A DNA stretch of 61,319 nucleotides, counting the filler, from Welwitschia mirabilis (lineage: Eukaryota), in assembly GCA_051453625.1 (NCBI GenBank). It is 6 parts of one record of this genome, joined end to end, with 100 filler letters (N's around TTAATTAATTAA, not from the genome) between each part and the next. Parts side by side here need not be neighbours in the genome. Positions count along the whole stretch, not along the records: positions 25,672 to 41,539 come from JBOZIK010000001.1; positions 41,640 to 55,451 come from JBOZIK010000001.1; 4 more parts are not named here. One strand, written 5' to 3'. Under the pieces are notes generated by a model. It did not search any database and was not told the DNA's origin. It was given only the letters and a program-made list of their open reading frames with translations. Below are positions 40,465 to 51,138 of this stretch, one piece after another. Position numbers and translations under genes: made by a program. How positions within the stretch are numbered: the stretch's first letter is position 1; every line of letters begins with the position of its first letter.

Positions 40465-40637
40465 ATTGATCAACCAATCAATTCAACAACAGGTCAAGAT
40501 CTCATGTCATTCATGGATGGTTTCTTCAGCTATAATCAGACAGACATTAATCCAGAACGTCAACTTAAACTACATTTATGACCTCATGGGGCACATTCCG
40601 CTATACCATTATGCCATTAGGCCCAAGAACATTTGGA
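40465..40637 (+). pseudogene. Isolated ~170-bp gypsy (Tat/Ogre-type) reverse transcriptase fragment
   Basis: Translates, with a frameshift, to IDQPINSTTGQDLMSFMDGFFSYNQ...TFMTSWGTFRYTIMPLG (cf. IDxLVDSTAGHxxLSFMDGFSGYNQ...TPWGTFCYxVMPFG). Confidence 0.8.
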
Positions 40638-41457
40638 CAGTGTTACGACTATTTTTCGTAACATTGTGTTGATTGTTGGTTTTTAATTTTGTTATGTGAC
40701 GTTTGAGTATGGATTTGATATGAAAATATTTTGTCACGATTAAAATTATAAGCCGAAAATAACGATAAAGTGCAAAAGAAAACTTAATTGCTAATATATT
40801 GCATAATTGATTTTCTACCCTTATCAAAAATAGAATTAAACGACCTTGACAAGAAATGATGCATTTTTAGATTTTCTAGAAATCTCAACTAAAATATTTA
40901 ATATTTCTTATCAAACTTAAGGACAATGAGTTGAATATCAATCCCTAAATTTCATGTAAACAATGAAATAACAAAGAAAAGGTATTTCACTATTTAAAAT
41001 TGACATAAATATTTTCTAAAGTCTTTGGGAAACAGGTCATACTTTTATAAGCTAAATGGGAAATAACTATTGTTTTTAAGATAAATTAAAAAAAAGTTTA
41101 ACATTGATTATTATTTTAAAAAAATGTTTAAAAAAATGAACCTGGACAAATGAGAAAAGAGATTCTGCGTTCGTTTTGTTCGCTCTGTAATTCTGTGTGA
41201 TTTTTGATCTACTTTATGCTCCTCTGGACGCCTGTGTTTTCCCTTTCTTTGATTGCTCTAATGCGCTTCTGTTATTCTTCCCTTTCACTATATATTCTTT
41301 TTTTGATGATGTTGTGTCAGCCTCCTTAGTTTTTGCCAAAATCGTCTATGTTCTGTTCGATCTGATCCACTGTTGTTCTTCAGCTTTTTCACTCTGATAC
41401 TCTTGTTCTGATCCTTTGATCGTCTCTTTGATCCGTCTTTCTGGTTTAGATCCTTTA

Positions 41458-41539
41458 TGGTAGGTATGCGGTGCCCATGCCCAGCCTGACAAGTGGGTAA
41501 AATATGATGGGTTCCAGTTTCCACCTAAGTCATGGCTTT
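41458..41539 (+). mobile_element. Second copy of the short TRIM-like LTR, cut by an assembly gap
   Basis: TGGTAGGTATGCGGTGCCCATGCCCAGCCTGACAAGTGGGTAAAATATGATGGGTTCCAGTTTCCAC aligns closely with 12338 onward. Confidence 0.75.
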
Positions 41540-41639
41540 NNNNNNNNNNNNNNNNNNNNNNNNNNNNNNNNNNNNNNNNNNNNTTAATTAATTAANNNNN
41601 NNNNNNNNNNNNNNNNNNNNNNNNNNNNNNNNNNNNNNN

Positions 41640-42794
41640 CATGAAACGATGTGCTGATACCAGTTCTTTGCTCATCATTGAAACCAATTATCTCTACACT
41701 TCTCCACCCCTTCTTCCCACTGGTACACCCTGTTAACCATTGAGGCAGTAAGCAATAGTGGGAATAATGTTGGTAGGGTCTAATGAACAACAAGATTCCA
41801 TTTCAAGGGAAAATTCAAGAGAAAGAAAATCTGAAAAGAATTACTCTATAAGGACAAATTAGGATGGAAGTGAAGACTCGTCTATAGTGGAAGATGAAGG
41901 AGTGCCTTTGTTTCCTTTTGTACCGCTAGAAGAGGATTTGATCTTTAGGGTGATTTAGGAGGCTTGGCTAGCCATTTTGTAAGCACATGCACAAAATTCA
42001 CAAAACTTGCACAAAACGCAAGGAACAACTGCTAGGTACAAAATGAGGAGTTGAAACTCCCCTTTTTATAAAGAAAGGTTAGGGTTTGCATTTAAAAAAA
42101 AAGGGATCATTCCCAAAAAGGTGTGCAATGGGCCCCCAACTTTTGTATCTCCTACAAGTCACATTAAAAGATAAAGTTTGAATTACCTCAATTAAGACAT
42201 GAAACTACCCTCATTACATTGTTAAATTTCCTTCACCTCCTAATATTTCATCCATCTCCTCTCCTCTTATGTGGATGCTTGGTGGTGGGCAACTGTTGGA
42301 TACTAACCTAACCCCCAGATGTTGGGAGACACCTTTCTAAATTTGGCTCAACCCCTCTTCTTTCTCTCCTTCCTTCCTTCTCTTTCTCTTTTCTTCCTTT
42401 CTCTTTCTCTCTTTCTTATTTTTTCTGCCTCTTTTCTTTTCTCTTTCCTTCTTTCCCATTTTCTCCCTTCACCAACTGGACTCCACACCCTAGGCATGAA
42501 ACCTAGTCAATTCCATGACCAATCAAAGCAATCTTCTCCTCCCCCATCTTAACTGGCTCCAATCTCTAGCTCAACTCCACAGATCAAATTCAGAGTTCAT
42601 TGATGGTCTCATGTTCTTCAGCTACAAGCTCTGCCTTAAACCTAGGTCTCTAGCCTCCTTATCCGAAGAGAAGACATCCTCTAGCTACCTCATCCGATTA
42701 GTATCACTCCTCAAATCCATTCTCCTCCTTTTCCATTAATTCTTCTCCTCTATCTTTTCCTTTTACCCCTTATTGACCTATACAACTCCCGCCA
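41640..42794. mobile_element. Unclassified degenerate repeat fragment, possibly a gypsy accessory-ORF region with divergent ORF remnants
   Basis: Broken minus-strand ORF starting near 41975 behind a TATA/telo-box-like motif (TTTATAAA...TAGGGTTT), a pyrimidine-rich tract at 42350-42470, and a broken plus-strand ORF. No core TE domain recognised. Confidence 0.25.
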
Positions 42795-45700
42795 AAGTAT
42801 AAGGTTGACCGATCTCATATTTAGTTAACCATTGAAGCTCTTCGTGCTCTTCAAAGCAAATCACGGAAATAAAGATCTACAATGACTCTTTCAAACGGTC
42901 ATTCTCAATCTCTGCAATATAAAGGCATCTTTCAAAGGATCTGTTGATGATCCATCATTGGCAAAAATTCACTGTGACTATAAAAGGACATTTTCAGAAA
43001 AGATTTCATTCTTCACCATCTGTTGTAATACTTTTGTGGTCTACTAGAGTATCTGTTTTCATCCAGCTATAAAGAGCTAACTAGTGTACCATCCTTTTGA
43101 AGTACATCAATGCGTCTGTGCACATTCCAAACACTCTTCCTATAGGTGGTTGTGGATGAACCCTANNNNNNNNNNNNNNNNNNNNNNNNNNNNNNNNNNN
43201 NNNNNNNNNNNNNNNNNNNNNNNNNNNNNNNNNNNNNNNNNNNNNNNNNNNNNNNNNNNNNNNNNGTTTTCATCCAGCTATAAAGAGCTAACTAGTGTAC
43301 CATCCTTTTGAAGTACATCAATGCGTCTGTGCACATTACAAACACTCTTCCTATAGGTGGTTGTGGATGAACCCTAAAATCCACTGGTTGCTTTGAAAGG
43401 TTAGTGGCGAGCCTAAAAACCATTGGTTGAGATTAATTTATTCTAGGCTTCCAGCTTGAGACACAGTGTCTGGAAGTTGAAGGGTGGTGTCTCACCAGCA
43501 TTACAATCTTGAGTTTTTTTATTGCATGATTATTTTTATGTAAATTTAGTTTGGTTGATCTATTGATTTTTTTTAAAAATTTACCCTATTCACTCCCCTC
43601 TAGGGTTGATCCAGTTATCAATTGGTATTAGAGCCTTGGTCGAGCAATAGATCCTAATACATCATTGCCTCTATTACCCTAAACATAAGTCAATCCACTC
43701 AAGGCAACTCCATTACATGGCCACCATTTTTTGATGGATCAAACTATGGCTGCTGGAAAGTGAAAATGAGAGTTTTTGTTCAGTTCATTAACCTAAATAT
43801 ATGGGAATCAATTACTCATGGATATTCTCTTCCAACCATGTAGGACCCTTCAACCGATATCGTCTCTCTGAAAAGTAAGGAGAAATGGAGTCTTGATGAT
43901 AGAAATGCTGCTTCTTGCAACTTTAAGAGACTAAATGCAATGTTTTGTGCCATAGGTCCAAAAGGTTTCTAGAGGATAGTAAATTAAACAACAGCCAAGG
44001 AAGCATGGGACATACTAGAGACAACTCATAAAGGAACAAGCCTAGTGAAATAAGCAAAACTGCAAATGCTCATCACTCAGTTTGAAGATACCAAAATAGA
44101 AGATGATGAAGGTATAAATGAATTTTTTGCAAAGCTAACCGATATTCTAAATTCAATGTGTGCCCTAGGAGAACAGATTGAAGAATCAAGGTGGGTGGTA
44201 AGAAAAGCTTTGAGATCTTTGCCACAGAGATTTGAATCTAAAGTCATAGCAATTGAAGAAAGTAAAGACCTGAACAACATGAAAATGGATGAACTTCAAG
44301 GAAATCTACATACTTTTGAACTAAAATTTGGGAAACTAAAGAAAAAGAGTGTAGGACTAATTGTCACCAATGAGAATGTTGATGACAAAGAAGGATCTGA
44401 TCAAGAACTAAACAGTGATGATGAAGTGGCTCTTCTAGCTAGGAGATTTAAGAAGTTTATGAGACGAAAACACAACGGAAATCAATCAAGAAGACCTCCA
44501 AAGAGACAAGATGTTGTAAAACGAGATATTCAGTGCTATTCGTGTAAAGGCTTTAGATACACATCCAACGTTTGCCCAAACAAGAGGAAAGAAGATGAGA
44601 GAAAGGGGAAGAAAACTCTCTCAGCAACATGGGATGATGATGAATATGAAAATGAATTGAAGGTGGTTACAACTTAGAACACGAAAGAAATAGGATATCT
44701 CTTATGTCTTTCATTGAAGAAAAAGTATTCACTTTAGCCCCTCATGGTTCTATTGATTGTGAAGAGCCTCTAAATGAATTAGAACTAGAACTATACACGG
44801 AATGTCAAAATCTGACTCTGAAAGTGAATAATCTACGAAAAGACAACAAAAATAAGCTAAAATTCAAGGAAAAGGAAAGTGACCAATTGAAAATAAGACT
44901 TGGTCAGAACCCTCAAACATTTAGGGAATCATGTTGTTGTAAAGGACTGAGTAAAAGGACAAAGAATTTCAATGTCAAGTTGGACCAACACAGGGTCTAA
45001 TCAGGTCATAGGCTAAAGATCATTAGACAGGTTTACATCAAAGTCCTCCCTGGTGAACATCACTTGTCATTATTGCAACAAAAGAGATCACTCTAAAATA
45101 GAATGTATATTCATAAGAACCAGTTTTATTACTCTATGCTTAGCAATCAATACAAATTCTCTACGAAATCTATGTTAAAAACAATAAGCACATATCATGG
45201 ATCCCAAGATCCTCCACAAAAAGTTTACTTATTCAAACAACTCTAAAAGTTGCTAATCATACATGTTGGTATTTTGATAGTAGTTGCTCAAGATTCATGA
45301 TAGGTGACATGTCAAACTTTATTAAGTTTAGTGAGTATGATGGAGGAGAAGTAACATTTAGAGACAATGGCAGAGCTCGGATTGAAGGTATAGGAAGCAT
45401 CAGTGGAGGTAGTTTACCTAATATAAACAATGTTTTATTCGTTAACAGTCTCAAGCACAACTTATTGAGTATTAGTCAAATATGTGATAAAGGACATAAA
45501 GTTCTATTTGATGCTAACAAATGTATTGTAAAGCATGGTGAAACTGATCAAATTCTTCTAGAAGCAACAAGACAGGAAAACGTGTAATGTGTCAATCAAT
45601 CAAATAAACCTGCTTGTCTAATAGCTCAAATTCAAGAAGATGTCCTATGGCATCAACAATTAGGTTACATAAGCTTTGACAATCTAAAGAAAATTTGCCA

Positions 45701-48465
45701 TGGTGAGTTTGTTAGAGGTCTACCAAAATTATCCTTCACTAATCAAGGTTTATGTGATGCTTGCCAAAAGGGAAAACAAACAAGGACATCTCATAAAGGA
45801 AAGAGGGACATCACTACACGCAACTCGTTGGATCTTATTCACATGGATCTTGTAGGACCAATCCAGACTACTAGCCTATTAAGTAAGTGTTATTTCTTCA
45901 TCATGGTAGATACTACTCCAAATTCTCTTGGATAGCCTTTTTACACACAAAACCAGATGCCTATGATAGTTTTGTAAAAATATGCAAGAAACTACAAATA
46001 GAAAAGGGCTATGTCATTAAAAAAATTTGAAGTGATCATGGTAGAGAATTTGAAAATGAGAAATTTAAGAGTTATTGCAACAACAATGGGATTGATCATG
46101 AATCCTCAGCACCAAAACACCTCAACAGAATCGAATAGCTAAAAGGAAGAATCGTACTCTATTAAACATGGCAAAAGTAACGTCAAATGACAAAGATACT
46201 CTAAAAAGATTTTAGGAAGAGGCAGTAAACACGCCTTGTCATATCACAGATAGAGTTTATCTGAGACCTGGCACTAACAAGACTCCGTATGAGCTTTGGA
46301 AGGGCAAGAAACCCAACATATCATACTTTAAAACTTCTGGTGGCAAATGCTTCATTTTGAGAGACATGGGAGATCTAGCTAAATTTGACTCCAAATTAGA
46401 TAAAGAAATCTTACAAGGGCACTCTTCCACAAGCAGGGCTTATAAAGTATACAATAAACATACTTTACATATGGAGGAATCAGTCAACGTAAGAATTCAT
46501 GATGTTCCTGATACAACTAACAAGTCTGAGAATAGCATAGACCTGACTCTATCAAGCTTTCACTATGACAAGGTCTATTTCAGATCTAAGCCAGCATCAG
46601 AAGTGAAAAAGCTCAAAGATCATCCTTTGGATTCAGTCATTGGAAGTGTTGAACAATGAATAATAATAAGAAGCTCTTTCAAGAACTTCAGTGCACATGT
46701 CTCGTTTTCGTCACAAGTTGAACCAAAGAATTTTGAATTAGCAGAATCAGATCTGTGTTGGATCATAGCAATGCAAGCAAAATTAGAACAATTTTCTCGT
46801 ACTCAAATATGGACACTTATACCAATGCTTGCTGGAAAGAATATCATTGGGACAAAATGGATCTTTAGAAACAAAGCAAATAAAGAAAATGTCATTACCA
46901 AAAATAAGGCTAGACTGATTGCTCACGAATGCTCTCAAGTTGAAGGAATTGATTGTGGCAACACTTTTTCTCTAGTAGCAAGACTTGAGTCTATTAGAAT
47001 GTTTCTTGCATTTGCATGTTTTAAGAAAATTAAGGTTTTTCAAATCGATGTAAAGAGTGCCTTTTTGAATGGACACATTGATGAAGAAGTCTATGTGAAA
47101 CAGCCACAAGGATTTGTAGATCCTCACTACCTAGATCCAAGAGCCTGGTATGATAAACTATCTTTATTTCTGCTTCAACATGGATTTGTTAGAGGATCTA
47201 TTGATAGAACTCTTTCCAAGAAAACCATAAGCAACGAATTCATTCTAGTCCAAATTTATGTGGATGATATCATATCTGGATCAACGAATGACACTATGTC
47301 AACCAATTTTGCAAAATTGATGAGTTCTCAATTTGAAATGAGCATGGTAGGAACAATAAATATGTTCTTGGGTCTTCAAGTTCAACAAGGGGAAAATGGG
47401 ATCTTTATAAATCATAAGAAATATTCTTTAGACTTAAATTAAGAAGTTCAACCTGGAAAATGTAAAGTTTGTAAATATTCCAATGGCTACAAATGTCAAA
47501 CACACTCTTGACGAAGATGGCAAAGATATTAATCAAAAATTATATCGCAGCATTATTGGAAGCTTGCTATACTTAATAGCTAGACGACCTGACATAGATT
47601 TTAGTATCAAACTGTGTGCCAGATATCCAGGAAAGCCTAAGGAATCACATCTGCTAGCTACGAAAAGAATACTCTGATACATCAAAGGTACAATTGACTT
47701 CGGTATATGGTATCCTTGCAATACCACTTTAAGCTTAACACTATACGATGATGCAGATTAGGCTGGTTGCAAAGATGATTGCATGAGCACCAACAGGGGA
47801 TGCTTCTTTTTTGATAGCTCTCTCACAGCATGGTACAACAAAAAGCAATGTTCCATATCCTTGTCAACTGTAGAAGCTGAATATATTGTTGTCAGGGCCT
47901 GTTGCACTCAAACTTTGTGGATGAAAGAAACTCTTAAAGACTTTAGAATAGAGATAACCAAAGTTCCTACACTATGTGACAATTCCAGTGCAATTCAAAT
48001 TGCTCACAATCCTGTTCAACATACTCGCACCAAACATATCGATCTCAAGTATATCCTTAGAATATATTTCCACTCAAGATGAATTGGCTGCTATTTTTAC
48101 TAAGCCTTTATCATCCGATCGTTTTGCAACTTTACACTATTGTTTGGGAGTTCTTCTAGAAAAGGAACTGAATGCCCCAATATCAACTGAATGTTAGAGT
48201 TCAGTCCCTGGGTTTGTGCTTACCATCATATCTGGAAAAACCCCAGTCGACCTCATGTACCCAATGCGTTAACCGGTGTTCGCCCAGTTTTCTGTTAAAT
48301 TTCTTTCATTTCGGTCAACTGCTTACCTTCATCAGGTCGATCTCGCATAGCGACTTTTTAGATCCGCCCTGCTTGTCAGTTTCCTTCATTATTCTTTTTG
48401 GTCTTTTCAGATTTTCTCTATTCCCCTCCATCTCTCTCTTCAAACCCTTTCTCTCACTCCTTTCC

Positions 48466-49583
48466 ATGGCATTCCAGCAACTAGGGGAAGGCTCTCCAAA
48501 ATGCAGAAAGGAGGCAGACAACAAGGCCCCAAGCTATTTATTTGCTAAAATGAGCTTAGAAGCAATCGAGAACTTTGAGCAACACTTTGAGTCCAATCCC
48601 ATTGCCATGAAGCAAACATGTGAACCTGTGCAATTTTTAAGCCTCCATGAAGGACAGAGATTGCTGGAAGAGGTAAATCAGGGATATTTCCTGTACGTAG
48701 ATGGCATGTGCTACCCTTAGTCACTCGGTTATTTTATGCAAATGCCAAATTTGATGTTCCCAACTCTACTCTTACCACTTCTGTTTTAGCATATCTCATT
48801 TCATCTCTCACTGGTCTGCCTCGGGGAAATCTGGGAGACTATTAGCCTCTAGCAAAATCTTTTGAAGGAAAGGAGGCAACCACTCAACTTCTATATGGCA
48901 ACTACATCTCATGGAAGAAGACCCTGAAGGCCTCCCACCTTTTGCCCAGGTTCTACCTTCTTCATGTTATTCCCTGCTACAATTTTCTTTCTGTAGNNNN
49001 NNNNNNNNNNNNNNNNNNNNNNNNNNNNNNNNNNNNNNNNNNNNNNNNNNNNNNNNNNNNNNNNNNNNNNNNNNNNNNNNNNNNNNNNNNNNNNNNTTCA
49101 TGTTATTCCCTCCTACAATTTTCTTTCTGTAGCTGGTCATCGCGATGAGCTCTCCAACTACTGTGCCTTTCTGCTGTATTGCTTGGATCAGCGCAGAGAT
49201 ATTGATGCTCCAATATCATGCTTTGTCACAAGGTTCATCAACTTCATCCTCACAAGAAACGCTCTCTCCCCTATCCTTTTCTCATCACTCGAATTTGTCA
49301 ACACTTTGGCATTCCTCATCTCTCTCGTCAAGAAGCTCTAAAACCCATGGGCCCTATTGACTGAGCCACCTTATCTCACATGCACCTCTTTGATGAGCCT
49401 ACTCCAACTTCAAAACTCAAATTAAAAGCTTCTCATAATCCTAAAATTCTTCATCTTCTTCACAAGTTGGATTCACACACGAGGCATATCAAGGAGGTTC
49501 TCATTACCAGTGGTACATCAATTGTAGATACCTCTCCCAATGGCGATGCAAAATCCTCGGCAGACACTTCTGATTCCAACTAG
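48466..49583 (+). pseudogene. env-like (ORF3, Transposase_32-like) pseudogene of the SIRE element
   Basis: Lies between pol and the PPTs. Frameshifted translation contains CYPLVTRLFYAN and LLHVIPCYNFL..GHRDELS...FLLYCL, typical of plant LTR env-like ORFs. Confidence 0.7.
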
Positions 49584-49757
49584 CTCTACCACCTTGGTCT
49601 CTCTCTTTCTCTTTCTCACTGTTTTCCTTCTCTTCTTGTCCTTGATTTCGAAAAAAAGAGGGAGTCTTCCTATGCAATTTTGTCTAATTATCAATCTTGT
49701 AAGTTTGGTCTAGATGTTGTTTTCTTCATATGGCAATTTTGTTTAATTATCATTCTT

Positions 49758-49864
49758 GTAAGTCTAATCTAAATGTTGTCCAAATATTTTTGTAAGCCTG
49801 GTCTAAATGTTGTCCAAATATTTTTGTAAGTCTGGTCTAAATGTTGTCCAGATATTTTTGTAAG
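49758..49864. repeat. 34-bp tandem repeat x3 in the SIRE 3' non-coding region
   Basis: Unit GTAAGYCTGGTCTAAATGTTGTCCAAATATTTTT starting at 49758, 49792 and 49826. Confidence 0.9.
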
Positions 49865-51050
49865 AATGCACTCAGTGCTTAATTTCATTTAATTTAACAC
49901 GATTCAGTGACTCTCTTGCTTTAAATAGTTTTGTACTCATTATTTCTAATTTGAAATAGATTAAGGGGGAGCTTTTCTTCCTTTTGATACTCTTATTGAT
50001 GTCATTTTTTTATCACTAATCAATGACAAAGGGGGAGTTCGTTGGAAAATTATTTGTCCTTCATGAATTGGAGAACATGATGTGTTTTGGAGTTTTTGTC
50101 TCTTAACTTGTTTTGCAGACAATTCCTCATAAGGCGACTGAATAGTTCTTAAAGACGACTGAACTAATTTTAGGGAAACTGAAGCATAAACGACCGAATT
50201 GTTACCAAGGGCAACCGAATCAAGTGACAAAAGAAAGCCTAGCTATGAAGGGGCGACCGATCTGGTTCAAAGGGCTACTGACTTTATCTCAAAATCTGCC
50301 TCTTTTGCAGGCGACCGAGGTTTTCCAAGTGGGTGACCCAATGAAACTTAGAATCTGCCTCTTATGAGGGCGAACAAAACAACTCATGGGGACAACTGAA
50401 GTCAAATATGAAATGACAGACTCTATGACTTGGGAGGGCAACCGAACGAAGTATAAGATCGAACGATCTCATACTTAGTTAACCGTTGAAGCTCTTCACG
50501 CTCTTCAAAGCGAATCACGAAAATAAATATCTGCACGAACTCTTTCAAACGGTCATTCTCAATCTCTGCAATATAAAGGCATCTTTCAAAGGATTTGTTG
50601 ATGGTCCATCTTTGGCAAAAATTCACTGTGACTGTAAAACGACATTTTCAGAAAAGATTCCATTCTTCACCATCTCTAGTGATACTTATGTGGTCTACTA
50701 GAGTATCTATTTCCATCCAGCTATAAAGAGCCAACTAGTGTACTATACCTTTGAAGTACATCAGTGCATCTGTGCACATTACAAACACTCTTCCTATAGG
50801 TGGTTGTGGATGAACGCTAAAATCCACTGGCTGTTTTGAAAGGTTAATGGTGAACCTAAAAACCATTCGTTGATATTCATTTATTCCAGTTTGAGACACG
50901 GTGTCTGGAAGCTGAAGGATGATGTCTCACCCCCATTATAATCCTATGTTTTATTTCATGATTATTACACAGATTTAGTTTGGTTGATCTATTGAGTTTT
51001 TTTTTTTAATTTAACCTATTCACCCCCCTCTAGGGTTGATCCAGTTATCA

Positions 51051-51138
51051 GTATTTGAGGGCTTAAATAATCTTATGAAATTTTATTGTCAAACTGATTC
51101 ACCCCTTCCCCCCAAAAAATCTTTCAGATTCTTCTACA
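51051..51138 (+). mobile_element. Terminal 88 bp of another SIRE-like LTR, which was the target of the 42795-51050 element
   Basis: ATTCACCCCTTCCCCC...CTTCTACA LTR-end motif directly followed by a copia protease frame. Confidence 0.6.

Larger units (their letters stand above)
42795..51050 (+). mobile_element. Near-complete SIRE/Sirevirus-like copia: 5'-truncated 5' LTR (42795-43620), PBS, gag-pol pseudogene, env-like ORF, multi-PPT and 3' LTR (50040-51050)
   Basis: Both LTRs end in CTATTCACYCCCCTCTAGGGTTGATCCAGTTATCA. PBS TGGTATTAGAGCC at 43623. gag PPFFDGSNY with two CCHC knuckles; PR WYFDSSCSRFM; RT IGTKWIFRNK, QIDVKSAFLNG, QIYVDDII; RNase H SLSTVEAEY, CDNSSAI, HTRTKHID. PPTs at ~49651, 49961 and 50025. 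Confidence 0.93.

Noticed and set aside
43055..43375. ~110-bp direct repeat inside the SIRE 5' LTR
   Set aside because: Near-identical copies flank a 100-N gap and the 3' LTR has only one copy; contig-overlap artefact.
48961..49131. ~35-bp direct repeat in the env-like ORF
   Set aside because: Flanks a 100-N gap; most likely an overlap artefact.
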